Assembly (NCBI GenBank): GCA_051294905.1
Contig: CM119371.1
Coordinates: forward strand, 8,744,001 to 8,808,000
Direction of reading: 5' to 3'
DNA from: Botryllus schlosseri
Lineage: Eukaryota
Length of the DNA: 64,000 nt
Below are positions 34,275-48,703 of this stretch, one piece after another. Position 1 is the first letter of the stretch, and every line of letters begins with the position of its first letter. The notes below the pieces were generated by a model, which had not been told where the DNA came from, ran no database searches, and saw only the letters and a program-made list of their open reading frames with translations. The position numbers and the translations under genes were made by a program.

Positions 34275-37260
34275 GTAAGTTACTGATATGTTGCTTCAAT
34301 ATATGTGGTTTAGGTTTTTCTAAACTTAAGCGTGAGATGTAAATGGTTGGCAGATTTAACTATCCCATTTTCGTTAAATTTCAATCATACCCTATCTGCG
34401 AATGGATAATTGTTCTGTCATGTAATTTTAGAATCCATAACACGAATATGCAACACAACGTAATCGTGTGTGCATCTGAATTACAATTAGTGCAAATATA
34501 GTTATGAGTATTATCGATATTACCAATAGGGTAACATACCATTCCTTGAAATAGTCCGCGCCAGATCACAATAATATAGGACGATAGAAACTAAGCAAAT
34601 AAGTTGTTTATTGCGTTCAATTAAATTCAGATAAATGAGCATTGAGCAATGAACGCGCAACGAATAATTCATCGACACGAGTTAATTTTTAACCCCTTCC
34701 TACAAATCGCAATGCCTCAATGACGTGTCAAATATATTTAGAGTATTGATCTTTGAGTTTTTGCGTTGTTGCATCGTCGCGTTGATATAATTCGGCTGAT
34801 CTCGTTGACATAGGAGCCGGACGTTGATTTTCCATAGGTATGCGGCTTGCATGACGTCACAAACAGTGACTTCATAATGCGGTAGAATTGAGAAGTAGAC
34901 TGTGCAAATCCCTAATAATTAGTATTAGAGCGACTCGAAAGCGTTTGAAATCATCAATTACCTAGTAGCTTGTATATGGTGACTATCAACCAAATAGGTA
35001 CTCGGCCAAGAATAGAAGGGACTTGAAAAAAGAAGGTTTGAAAATTTCGCAAATTTACCAATGTAGCATCCTTCTTTTCAAGGTTCAGTATATGTGTAAA
35101 TGCCTGTAATAAAAGTATCAGATCAGTTTTCTTGTGTTGATGAACTTACCTATAAGATGTATATATGCCCGTAAAAGCTCGACATTAGCACGTATACTAC
35201 AACTAGAAGGAGACATGTACACCTGACATTACCAGCGTGATGCCTTAGCCTACTACCAACACGCGCGTGCACAGCAAATTACAAACCAGCAGTAGATGTT
35301 ATGCTGATTTGCCTTACAAATCAATACACATCTCAGCGGAAGATTACGATCGCGACATGTTTCCCGCTGTGCAGTGCACTTTTTATTGTCAATAATTGAA
35401 AGCAGTTCTTGACGACAGTCGAGTGCATGTAGAAATCGACATCTTTATTATCGAGGTCACGGCGTTTTAGTCTCACACCGCTTCTTCTAATTACTCACGT
35501 AGATAAATATGTTACTAATTTGCTAACATAAGCAGCATCATGTAAACGAAAGTAATGTGCGCAATATTTATAAATCACAGAATTCATAAGCTAGTTTAGG
35601 CCGATAGATGTCTAAGAAATTGTGCCTAGCCTGTGCACATTGCAGTACACCCAAAAAAATTACCAGGTAAACTTGTAATACTCAGAATACCTGTGTCATC
35701 GCATATATGCTTGTGGTTATACATGAAAATAGTCTTTGACATATAGTCGTATTATTTTACGATTGAAATCATCATATGCAGTAACGCGCAGTGTCCAACT
35801 ATAGTTAGTATATGAACGAATGACGAATCATTGTTCTCATGCAGTTAAATCCGTCACGCTTTGTGACGTGCAGTCCGGTTGTTCAATTTTACATGCATAC
35901 CTATAGGCGACCCAACTGACATTGTCATGAGCTCAATGGTAACTATGATATGGACCAGGGGCGGCTCGTGACAATATCGGGTGGTGGGACAAGGGGGCGC
36001 ACGATTTTGATTGTCTAAATGGCGTCACATTAATGTATTCCGATGCGAATATGTGACTTCGTGGTGGTCACACACAGTTTGTATGGGGTATAGACATTAG
36101 CTATGGTTAACAAGGCTTCGAAAGGAAATATGAAGTACAGTAGTTCATACCTGCATATTTCAACGTTTGTATCAGTAGTCCTATTACGCGCGGCGTGATT
36201 TCATAGTTGCAAAATGTTCAATGTTCATTGAAATCTGGTATACCCAGAGTGACAGGGTTGCTGAAGGCGGAAAAGTGTCTGTTTTGATCAGCAGTTTTGT
36301 GTTTATGACCTGGTATGAACTCTGGTAGCATCGTTCTGTGTTCTCGAATATAACCTACTTCAAAGATTATGATATTATCTTTTCAACAAAACGTCACTCA
36401 ATGCTGTAGCATTATTCATTTCGTTATTACGTAGGGAATGTTGACCAGGCTGTTCAGAATTTCGGTAGGCGTGTTAGCCGACGGCGATGCCGGCTTATCA
36501 CGGCTGACTGAACACGGCCGACGGCCGAGTAATTTTTTAGAAATTCATGCAGCTTTTTAAGAATTTTTCGCGCTGCGCGCGATTCAATAATGTCATATAT
36601 CTTGGTTTTGGGGTACCCGTCACCCAACAAAAACACGCATGATTTATGGAAATGGGAGGCTTCGGTGTCGATCATTACTGCGCCACGACGCACCCATACA
36701 CGTGAAGTTAGAGGCCATATAACATGCGACTCCGAGAAGTGTGCCAGAACGATCCGCAGCGAGAAGGCCTTGGCAGAAAAGGAATGCCCTTGTGCTGACA
36801 GGAAGTCAATATAACAACGATTCCGACCGAAGATGTTTAATTATTATTTAGGGGTCCTACCTTTTCCAATACACCACACCCAGCTCTACCGGTAAATCTG
36901 ATTACGCGAGCAGAAAGATGATAAAATATTGATAGCGATATATATGCAATTCCCGACCATATTGACCGATTCAAATATGAGTTATATAAATTTATCGCGC
37001 TTCACGCGTTTCGGCGAAATACGGTGACTCACCAAACAGTAGCCTACATGAAATAAGGTAGAGCTGATATGTAGCGACAAAGGGCACACTGGCTGAGGGG
37101 GTCTGCGGTTTGGTTTATCACCCTATGGGGCCAAAGACCATTTTTTGGGGGGCTGACGAAGTGCTGTTTTTAGTTTCCCAATATTTGGGGGGCGATGATC
37201 GGTGTGGAGCTTCAAAAGGGGGCGATGAGCCGAAAAAGGTTGGGAACCATTGGTCTATAG

Positions 37261-38102
37261 CAGGGGTCTCCAACACGCGGCCCGCGGGCCGCATGCGGCC
37301 CACGAGGTCATATTTTGCGGCCCGCGACTTGATTTGAGATTTCGGAAGAAAGCTAAGAAAACATTTTGCAAATGCTGAAATTGACCTGCAATGGCCGAAA
37401 TACTGCCAAGACCGAGAAGCTTAGAAAACGGCTTAGAGCAGTGGTTCTGAAACTGTGGGGCGCGTCCCCTTGTGGGGGCGTGAAAGCATCTGAAGGGGGC
37501 GCGGAGCTGCAGTCAACTGAAAAATTTTTCGCGCTGGGCGCGATTTACCTCGACTTCATACTTATAGTTATTGCTCTGTGTACACTGTACAGTCCTGAAT
37601 TTATATTGTAGAATTCTCTAATCAACATTCAAAACCATCCATGCCATTAAACTATCCGTTCGGATTGCTAGCTTTATGGATGCATTTTGTGATGTGACAA
37701 TAAGTTTTCTGTATCATAAAGCTGGACATGTCTAAAAATGTTTCAGAACCACAGGCTTCGGGCTTCTTCACAAGATCAAGCTTTACGTGGAGATGGTCTT
37801 CCATCTAGTAACGTATCTCGCTAGCCCCAAAAAGCGTTTCAAGGTATCGCGCACAGCTCAGAGTTCAAAATAAAATGAAATTGATGACGGTGATATTCTG
37901 TTCTATTTTCATTCCTTTAATAAAATGTTACTTCTTTTGTGATCACTATGACCATCGCCTATGTTAGGTAGTACAGCGTTGTACTGGCATAGAGTTTTAA
38001 AACGTGGTTGCCTACTTTATATCGATATTGAATTCATGCGGCCCGCGGCCGCTACGAAATTTGAAAAGTGGCCCGCGACCCGTTTTGAGTTGGCGACCCC
38101 TG
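37261..38102. mobile_element. Charlie/Buster-like hAT MITE
   Basis: CAGGGGTCTCCAAC...GTTGGCGACCCCTG, GCGGCCCGCG motifs, perfect TSD GTCTATAG. Confidence 0.85.
37439..37754. mobile_element. MITE nested inside the 37261-38102 element
   Basis: CAGTGGTTCTGAAAC...GTTTCAGAACCACAG, TSD GCTTAGAG/GCTTCGGG. Confidence 0.7.
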
Positions 38103-40874
38103 GTCTATAGTATTCATAGAGTCTGATACATATATTTGTCATTTTAGTTTCAAATATATCGGTGGATCAATGTCTTTCCATATAGTGCCGTGGGACATGC
38201 GTTCTCCTACACAGCCTGTGAAATAGCCGTATATCGATGTGTAAATTTACACATGAAGTTGGCTGACGTATTTGTAGCGCTTGACTCATCTATTTCAGGC
38301 CAACCGTCTCGGGTAAAATCGTTGGTATTCAACAGATATTCATAGCTTTCCCTACAAACAAAAATGAAGCCTCTACGACATAATCAAATAAAGATATGGC
38401 CAGATGAAGTTGATCGATTGCACATACGCAATCCGATTTCAAAAGGTTTAAGACTTACTATGCCAAATCTCGGTATGGAACATCATCAAAATCAATGGAT
38501 ACCAATACCCGCTTTTGAGTAAAATCTGTTGCGATTCATAACGGATCAGCAAACAGTTAACTTTGAAAACGAAATTACCACCTTAAACTTTAGGTATAGC
38601 AACCCTCAAACTTGGAGCAGTGTTACATACGATACCAGCATCACGACATAACATAGCAAATTTCAATAATTATCATGTTGCGAAACACCGTCGAAATTGA
38701 CTTATACCAGAAAAGGTCTACCCGACGCACAGGACGGTAACAGAGTTCAGGTATATTTACCATGGTTACATCACACTGGCAAGGCTTGCTCGGTAATTTG
38801 ATGAATGGGAAAGAGTAGTTCACTGTTTCTTTATTGTGAGCGGCTTTGAGAGAACAGGCAGTGAAAGCTTGTTATGAGCGCTACCGGGTCAAGCCCCGGC
38901 TAGCAATTTACAAAGCGAAACACAGAAGATAATTCGATTTTCGTAGAGAATTCGCTATATATGGGCAATGGGCATCTACAAGCGAAAACACAAAAAGAAC
39001 GCGATTTCCGCCGTGATTTCGCTATATATTGATTGCTGATCGTCTATAAATGGTAAATCCTTGTTATTGAACATAATTTTAGGTGGCGCAATGCCCCAGT
39101 TGCCCTATAGGACGAGCCGCCACTGATATTGAAGGACTGTAGATATACGTATAAAATATCGTATGCCTCGAGAAAGCATTATTGTCCTGACACTGCATTC
39201 AAATTCACCATCATTTTCCATGTGGAGTATCTTTGAACTTCATCAGAATCAATATCTAATTCATGCCAGACTTGCATTCGCTATGCGTTCTCAAATGTTG
39301 CGGACTCATCCTCCGCAGACGTCAAGATACAGTTGGAAGATTCCAGATAATTTTTCTGGTACCACATTAGTGAGATAACAAATGATGCCGCGCAAACTGG
39401 ATCTATATGTCTAGATTGTCGTGTGGATTGGTTGACTTCCGTAACCGTGAAGTTTGATGTACACTATACAGTGCTGGCAAACAAGCTTCACATGAAGACA
39501 ACAAAACGAAACTTTGCATGTAAAGTTTTCTTTGTCGACTAAATGTAAATATTTGTAAGTGACAACGAATAATCAAACCTAGAAAGTAGATGTTAAGCAC
39601 AATATACGGTGTATGAGAATTGTGGTGTGTTTCGTGAATTAGTAATTAAAAACCTGTGATTTGATATTTGGAATATTCAATTTTAAGAATTATTGTGAAT
39701 TTTAATTCTGAATTAGTATAATGAAGCATCTCATATTTGCAGTCCGCATGCTCTTCAAAACATTGCATATCAACAGCTGTACAGAACAATTCTTTTAAGA
39801 TCTTTTATTGACTTACGGGTCGGAAGAAACGTGTACGGATTTCTAACGGATAACTATTTATTGTAAATATAGGAGAGAATATTTTCAATGGATGATTATC
39901 ATTACGATTACGTCATATTGCATCATGAAACCAATATTACGTTCAGATAAGCAAGATTTTGCTTGATTGCACAGAACAACAAGTCATCGATTGGTCGCTG
40001 ATTGAGACTTCCTTGACAATGTATCAGGTCGGATTCTTCATGTCGATTTTAGAAACCTTTTAAAATATATGCGAATTAGCATATCATATTATTCGCCATT
40101 ACACTGGATAACTTCTCCAGCCTTTATGTTAATTTTTTCGGAAATGTCCTCGTCGCAACGATTATAGTAATATACTTTTCTTATTTAAGATTGTCCTCCT
40201 TGATATTGCTGTTAATGGTCAGGCTTCCACCGACGATTTACACAAAGTTTTGAAGCGCAGGAGGAAAATTGCTGTTTTGGGCGATGTACATGTGATGTTC
40301 TTTATTGAGAAAGTGAATGACTTGAGAAGGATTATGGAAGTTTGTCAGTTGATAAAGGTAGCATTTTAACATCTGATAATATCTTAATATGATGAATGTG
40401 CATCTCCTATCTATCCACCGCATCTTTCTCATTCAATTCTACCGCACATAGTGAGTCCTACTCATTAATTGACTTATTGTCGCTGTCCGACCTCTATATC
40501 TTTCGCAGTTGCTGAATTCGTGAGTTCTAGCAATCTTAAGTACTTCGCAACAAATAATGGCCAGTGTTGCAAATGAAAGTAATGCTGATGATCGTAATTT
40601 GTAATCGTTTTTGTATGCCGCATGTAAACATTTACATTAGCCCACCTAATAGACGGGGTTTATAACGAGGGTTCACGGACTCATCAATGGTCCGTCAACT
40701 AGTTTTATGGGTCCCTGAATAGGTAATGACTCATTACTGAACGACAAATCCAGATTATCATTTTTGAATGACGTCGTGAGTTGGACTGTGACTACCTTGT
40801 TTAGTCATTAGTTCCGTTATTTTAGGCCTGCAATAGACTAAATAGAGTTGAGGTTAATGTGATGACCTTCATGT

Positions 40875-41342
40875 CAGGGTTTTAACCAAGTCACAAGGCT
40901 TCCGAGTCACTACTGAATGTCAATTTTATTGTTTTGACTCGAGTCAAGTCGAGTCATTTTCCATTCACCACCGAATCAAATCCGAGTTTGAGTCAGTGAG
41001 TGGAGGGTCGATTCCGAGTCATAGTGTTGTGACTCAAGTCCAGTCCAGGACATTGTGTTAGCTGCTCAGTTTTGCGTTGAATCCGGTCCAACAAATTTTT
41101 GTAACTATGCTCGGGTGATATGAAATGGCTCATTTTCATAATTTCGTAATTTTGCGCAATCGTAGCAGTTTCTGGCCGTATTGTTCAAGTATCAGTACTG
41201 ATAGACGAAACAACAATAATGCTATGACTTAAGTATTCTTTGAAGTTATAGTGGAAAGTCTGTGTTTTCCGCTCTAGTCTCGCATCAACACACAAAATGA
41301 CTTGAGTCGAGTAAAGTCATGAATCCAGTCATTACAACCCTG
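40875..41342. mobile_element. hAT-like MITE with GAGTC subterminal arrays
   Basis: CAGGGTTTTAAC.../...TTACAACCCTG with many GAGTC/GACTC motifs. A similar motif cluster is at 48050-48190. Confidence 0.6.
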
Positions 41343-42218
41343 TTTCCAGTAATTGGCTTTGGGAATATTTGGGGTACGTAAAACTTCTTACAATACCGGA
41401 AGGATTCCGTGATAAAAATATTAGGAAACCCTGTCTTAGAAGGGGGATTATATTCAGCAATCCCCGACATTCAAATCGCTAAATAAATATTTACTAATGA
41501 CGTATGGTGAAAGTATTTCGAATGTGGCTGGTAAGCGAGAAGTATATGCACACCGGACAAAGATTTAGAATTTTGTAATCGTTGAATTCAACATGACGAT
41601 GTCCACATCAAATCACTAGAAACCAACAGCAGTTGCTACATATCATTTTCAAGCTATTCCGGCGTACTCGAAATGGCAGCTCGCAATATATGTAGGTGGG
41701 TTAAATTAATATATACTTGTGTTCCACTACGATATGATCTAGTAGTATGGAAGAATTGCAGTTACACGTAGTTTAATGTTTACGCGATCTTATACTCCAA
41801 TGGTCATGCTTGCAATGGGCACAAAATTTTATCTTGCAATTCAATACTCAAAATAAGCATCCGTTAACTATCATCAGCTTATTCACGATGTAGGCATGTT
41901 TGTTGGTAGAATGAAAATCGTCGGGGGCGAAAAATCGTCCTCTATAAAGTTGTGCAATTAAACTAGATATATCATATGAGGCAGTCTCATCGCAATCGTT
42001 ACAACGTCTTCCAATGGGCTTCCGGCTCAAGTTCAATGTAGCAAAATAATTCTCATCTTGAATAGTCGTGACTACTTTTTTTCTGTAATCGTAATCGCTA
42101 TCGATTTCTTGGCAATTTGTCTGAATTTTAATCGTAGTTCACAAGTAATTGAAATTGATTGCGCAGATCCTTGATGTCTGGTATAAGTAGTATAAATATT
42201 AATTTTCTCTCACCGCAG

Positions 42219-42414
42219 ATCGACTGTATCAGATGCATATTCAACGTGGAATGTCATGCATCTGTCGATGAGCTTTCAGCTGTCATCAAAGATTCTAATT
42301 TGAAAAAACTGACATTGATATACCGGGACGAAGCGGATATCTTAACTGGAAAGGAGTTGTCGAGAGTGCAGAAGATTGCAAATGAACTTGGTACGGAGTT
42401 GGAACTCTTAGAAT
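42219..42414 (+). CDS. NLR gene putative exon 7 (degenerate LRR, SNLKKLTL)
   Basis: Acceptor TTTTCTCTCACCGCAG|, donor AAT|GTGAGT, 196 nt open, phase 0 to 1. Confidence 0.68.
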
Positions 42415-43700
42415 GTGAGTCTTTATTGGTTACAGCTTATTTAGATAAGTTATAATAGGTACATTACTTTTGAACAATATCAGACAACAAATCGAGACGA
42501 AGCAAAATTGGGTTGTATGAAATGCTCATTTCATGCAGCTGGCATAATTCGTCACATGCAGTCAAGCAATCCGCACTTGCAACGTTAATAACGTAACTAC
42601 AAGCTGTTTCCTATTGATAAATCGATGGCATATCGTTGTCCGCACAGTTGGTTTATCACGTATGGCATTGTGGAAATTAGTTTTAATTCTATGTCCTCTA
42701 CCGGATACGATTAATCAGTGTACAAAATTCAGACATGTTTTCATGTAGCCTACTTAAGAGTGTGGACTTGGGTTTAGCGAAATTAGAAATAAGAATTGTT
42801 CATGTATTGCAAGAATTCGTGATCCATCCTTGTCCATAATTCCTTTTTTCTGAACCCCCGTAAACTCTCATAACAAAAGTAGAAAATTCAACACATCATA
42901 TGGCTTTTTTTTAACATTTGGTGACCATTATGATCGGTTATAGGGGTTTAATTGCTAACACGAGTTCATGAATGACAAAAGATAAAATAGAATAAAAATG
43001 TCAATTATCAAGATATGTCCAATCTAATTGAAGCGGAAGTATAATATGAAATGTCTGGAATGTGCTTAAATAGTTTCAAAACGAAAATTTGGTCGCGACG
43101 TTGCATACTTTTAGCATTAATATGAGATGTTTACTTGCAAAACTGCAATATATATGTATTCGGGTTTAATGCTAAATCACTAGTGGGCTTTTAGTTTTAC
43201 GTGGTACATACTATTTCTCTCGGTTCCCCATGACGATCTCACTGAAAGCAATTGCCAAAATATAATCTGCAACTACCAGCTGCTTTACAAAATCCAAATT
43301 TTGAAAAGTTGTTTGTTTTGCCGAATAAATGTTCGATTAGGAGTATAACTAGTGTAAAAGTGTAACGACGTGGGAAGTGATGCCGCCAGTAGGCTAAACC
43401 TGGCTGAGTACTCTGAATAGTAAAAATACTTCATTAATCACGACCTCGGCTTGTTTATGACGCTATGTTATACAGCATCCTACTTATTGTATTGGCCGTA
43501 ATATATAAAATTTTACTTTGAAATTGTGTCATGATCAGAATGCGCATCCCTGATCTCCGAGTTCATGTAAATTGTATATTCATCGAGTAAAAATATATTA
43601 GTGTTTCTCAAACTTTTTCGACTCATTGTCACCTTATCATGCTCGACACATGTTATCCCCGATTAGAAGTTAAAAGTCATCAATAACGAGACACTTTACT

Positions 43701-43850
43701 TTCTCGTAGTACTGAAGTAGATTTTTCAAAACTTATTTTTCTTACGAGCTACGTTCACTTCCTCGTAATTCTAAAGTAAATTTGTCAAATGTAATTTCTC
43801 TTATGAGCGACGTTTGCCTTCTCGTAGTACTAAAGTAGATTTGTCTACTA
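43701..43850. repeat. minisatellite, about 2.5 copies of a ~59-bp unit
   Basis: TTCTCGTAGTACTnAAGTAGATTT recurs at ~43701, ~43760 and ~43819. Confidence 0.7.
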
Positions 43851-44927
43851 AGCTATATTACCCAACTAGTCTTGTTTGTATTCTGTTACTATGCCAACAG
43901 TTTGTAGTTGCCAAAATGATAATTGTGTGTGCGTAGTATTTTGACGAAGCCTTTAAATTTTCTAGAAAGGGACCCAAATCTGAGCCGGACGCATCCAAAT
44001 GATGCATTTCTAGTATTAATATGCTGCGTTTTCACAGGCAACAAGTATATAGCGAAAATGTACACAATTACTACTACCCAACTCTGTTCTATGGAATATG
44101 ATTAATATCGAAACGGTCATCGGTACAGTCAGGTTGATGTCACTGAAAGTTCTTTGTAGTATTTCAAATGCAGGGCGTTCTATATCATGCTAATCAATGG
44201 TTTCCTTATTTATTTAGTCACAAACTTTGCAGGAAAGTTTCAAGATTACAGACCGCTGCATGATTAAAATTAGCGATTGGTTTTACAGTAGTAAGCACTA
44301 AACAGTGAGCAACGATGTGTGCTTTGGTCATGCCAACAGGGCTTTGTTCTGTTGGGCGACGGAATCATATGCCAAGCTAGTGGGAAAACGGTATCGTGAT
44401 ATCGGTTGTTCAACTTGGGCTTTTCAGACAGTAACTCTTTCTTCCTTGCTCCATCCTGCCCGACAGTCTTCCTATTACGCACGCCATTTAGAGCGTTCCA
44501 GAGAAATAAAATATGAGGCATCTTTTACTATGACACAGTGACATACCGACATGTGTATTGCTGCTTTTTTATGGTCAATATTACTCATAAATGTCCACGA
44601 AAAGAAATTTCAAGATCGTATCAGTGCGGTGTGACGCAGAATTCCCAGATTCAATCCTTTCTATTGTCTGCCCTTTATCGAATTCAATCATAAAACTTGA
44701 ATTATATTGAGCGGGCTAAGAAAACAAACAGTTATTTAAATATAACTCACCAATTGTTCCAACACGTTCCGATACCGTTCGCCTACTTGCGTTAACTAAA
44801 TCACCATGATTCGTATCATACGCTTAATTCATAATATTTGCTTCAATGTTTGGTCACATTTCCTGTAATCCGTACACAATACACCGATGAGTATATTTTA
44901 TACATCATAAATTATATTTCATTTTAG

Positions 44928-45001
44928 TTTTGGGAGGAAGTGTCGATGCCTGGGAGCAACTCGATGACGGATTTGTCAGCAGGTACCTAGATTCATTATA
45001 A
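44928..45001 (+). CDS. NLR gene putative terminal coding exon (FLGGSVDAWEQLDDGFVSRYLDSL*)
   Basis: Acceptor TTTCATTTTAG|; phase 1 matches exon 7. TAA at 44999-45001, an AT-rich downstream region, and AATAAA near 46306. Confidence 0.5.
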
Positions 45002-47700
45002 TGATTGGTATTACTAGGTAGATTGTTTTTGACCTGGAAAACGGAAAAAAAATCCAAAGTTTGACAATATTTGGCATTAAAACTCGTTGCAAACTTAGAT
45101 GTTTCGAGGACCCTCCGAAATTGCTAAATGGTCCCCCGATGGAAGTCGATTTTGCATTGACACGGTGCAATGACGTACAGGCACACGGTCGATTTCCTGC
45201 TCCAATTTCGTTGTCCACATCCTGTGAAGACGTGTTTGATTATTGAGAATATTCGTGTTTCAGAGAGTTGAGGAGAAACAAGAAATGCAATAACGCTGAT
45301 CCATTACAAGAGTGAAAAATCTTTCATCATCTAAGTTGAGATGTGGCCGGCAAAATACCTCTTCATTTTAAAAATTTGAGCTGGATATTGGGCGGACGAT
45401 GGATGGTGCGGTGATGGATTCGACGAAACTATGGTCGCTTCTTCCGTGGATGACTATTGTATGGCGTATATTACCGATGTAATCGATTTCAATGGAAATC
45501 GTGTTTCCCCTGTATAGAGTGTCAGCCATCATCATGTATGATATTTTGTTTTCGTACGAATTTATTGGGAAGCGATAACGGAGCTGCGAGATTTAAAAAT
45601 GGATATAATTACAACGAGTTCTGTCATATCGTATATTTCGTAGTATCCACCTGGGTACGGTTTGTAAATATTGTAGTCAAAAATGTCTGATCATATTCCT
45701 GCTTGAATTATTCTGTCGAATCAGCAGTCTCTGTCCAACTCTAATTAATGGTATCAACCGACTCTCACACACGCCATCATGTATATTCACGATTTTACAT
45801 CACTATGATAGTAGAATTGAGTTATATATGTATAAATATGAAAATATCAGATATTTGTTTGTGCTGATTTAATGCTCATAGCTTTCATGTAATTGAATAA
45901 TTGCATTGTACAGATATGACATGTATATAGAGAATATCATGACAATCTTAGATGTATAGTGTTGGGTATCTACTTATTTGTATGATGGATTATGATGATA
46001 AAAAAACATAGATATATGAAAATACATCAAAAATTTAAAAAATATACATTTATAAAATATAAAAGTTTCGATAAACATAAATGTAGTAAGCGTATGAATT
46101 TCAACGAAATCAATCAATCATGTATCATTATATAAATCAGGCAAACCTTCTTTGTGATAATATGCGATATGTATCAACATGTCAATGTATACCTAGCTCA
46201 ACTGATGTAGTACAATGTGGAATATGTATCATACTATTTCTATTACTTTCACTACCAATTAGGTTTCATGTCATTTGGTGTAATTTCAACTTGTTATTTT
46301 ACACGAATAAATATCAATTTATACATCTTCTTCCTCTTTCTTGGTGAAGCTGAATTGTTATGCCCGTAATTAGCTCGCTGCTGCCTCTTAGTAAGCTTGT
46401 GTATTAAATTGGCATGCAAATATCATGGTTCGTGATGACATGAAATATGAAAATCCATCGATATAGGGGCAATATCCTAATACATAACAATTTGAATTTC
46501 TGAAAAATGGACAAATTAGGAATGTGATTTATTATTCGTTCTTTATTGAAATATAATCATTCATAAATTGTTTTGACACTCCGTAGACCAGTGGTTCGCA
46601 ACCTTTTGTCTCGGAGCAGCCATTATATTCTCAGCGTACGCCATGCAGTCGTGTGAAAATACTCAAGTATTCTACTTTCAGCGAACATTTTAAAGCAGGC
46701 GCACATACTTCTATAGATGCTCTATCGGCTATTTTGGCATTGATCGATATCTATTGCGAGTATTGATCGAAACAAACAGCAATTGCAGATAATTACTATT
46801 TCGCAGTAAGATATTCGGGATCCACTATCAGTGTAACTCAAGATATATATATTTTTTGAGACGGACAAGCCGCATGATTTCAAGTTATTTTGCCGAAATT
46901 TATCCGATTTCTGTGCTTTGATGTTGTTCATGAACTGTATCTTCATGTAGCCTAATAACATGTTTTGATCCTTGAATTGAAATAAAATGAATTTACCTAT
47001 CTAGCTATCCGTTTTCGTTGTGTTCTGAGAATATGAGTATATGTTATTTAATCCTTCGGTATTTAGTGCGTAGTAGGTTTCACAGGTGGCGCATCGATGA
47101 GAGAAAGCATGTGTCAGGACAAAATTCGTTTCAAGTCGTTGGAAATTTGGAAATATATCAAATACCATATATCAATTGATCATTGAAACCGCTGCCTGAA
47201 TAGCATTGATATCAGCATTTTCCTTTTCAAATTCAACACCTAAGAACGACAAATACGGCAAATTGTAATGTATGATTATTGTAAAATTTAAACCATACTA
47301 AAATTCCTAGTAATTGTGTATTGGTCTCATCACCGCTCACTGACATCGCCACCAAATTGAATTCATGGTATTTTAAAAGTGATTAGGTGGAACTTGACAA
47401 CCAAGAATGCCCGCAAGTGGAGCTTTACACCACCGTCTTTTCCGTAAATTATATAAGTAAGAGAGATTGAATGTGTGCAAGATATGCCAATTGATAATGC
47501 TGCTGAACTCAAACCGTGCAGTTAAAGTAAGTAAACATAATTTCTAACACACAAAAGAAATCCTGTTCAGTCTCTGAAAAGTCCAGCCAGATATTATATC
47601 GACAGCCTGACATCGCCGTTTTCAAATTCTGGCGTGGACGGGTCATAGAATCTATTGGTATGAAACCGGAGGATAATGCTAAAGTATTTCAGTAGATGGG

Positions 47701-47960
47701 AGGGTGTCTGAAAAAAAGAGGTTCTCGAATACGCTAACAAACGAGCAAACATACAGCTCGTGTTGTATATTGGCGATCTTTATACTATACGAGCTTCCAG
47801 AGGAGAATTAGTCGGGTATAAACTTTAGTATGTCAGGGTGGTTTCAGAGAAAGGGTTTTCAAATACGCTAGCAAACGAGCATACATACAGCTCGTGTCGT
47901 GTATTGGCTGTTTTAATACTATAGGAGCATCGAGAGGAGAATTAGTCGGATATCAACTTT
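47701..47960. repeat. tandem duplication, 2 copies of a ~134-bp unit
   Basis: AATACGCTAnCAAACGAGCAnACATACAGCTCGTGT...GAGGAGAATTAGTCGG occurs twice. Confidence 0.8.
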
Positions 47961-48555
47961 ATTATACGCGGCGTATTTATCATCCGTATTTACTATCGAT
48001 TGTGATGAAGTCAAAATTAACGACGTCGAAATGCAAGTGTCGACAATTTAGGTGTTGGGATCAAGTCACTACCTTCGAGTCACGAGTCATCTCGAGTCAT
48101 TGCACATTTTGACTCGAGTCAAGTCACTCGTTTTTTGGATGCGACTCGAGTCAAGTCGAGTCACGAGTCAAGTCACAATTCAAGTCAAATTGAATTTTCG
48201 AAGTATCGGCGACGATTCAAAGTCATTACATTTTGCTAGCTGTGTGAAAGAAAGAATAATTCGTCATTTATCTTGCATCAAATTACTTATATAAAGTTTA
48301 ATATGCATGCAAGAAGGCGTCCATCACGCACACGTAGAACCGCAAATAAAATACGCGACTAACTGTATAGCTATGCTACAGTCTGTAATTATATAGGCCA
48401 ATAGGATCGAATACGAAGCCACCAGAAGTTGTAACAAATTGATACGGATTTATATCATACAAGAGGGTTGATAAAGGCGATCACTGCGCAATGTTAGCAC
48501 TGAGCCATCAAAGAAACATAGATACGTTAATTGCTATTGTATTCTTCTTCTACTG

Positions 48556-48703
<148 letters not shown>

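Larger units (their letters stand above)
35956..39125. mobile_element. non-autonomous DNA transposon hosting several nested MITEs
   Basis: TIRs CAGGGGCGGCTCGT/ACGAGCCGCCACTG, TSD ATATGGAC/ATATTGAA (6/8 match). Confidence 0.65.

Noticed and set aside
38299..38320. Possible extra NLR exon after TATTTCAG
   Set aside because: An in-frame TAA follows within six codons, and it lies inside a transposon nest.
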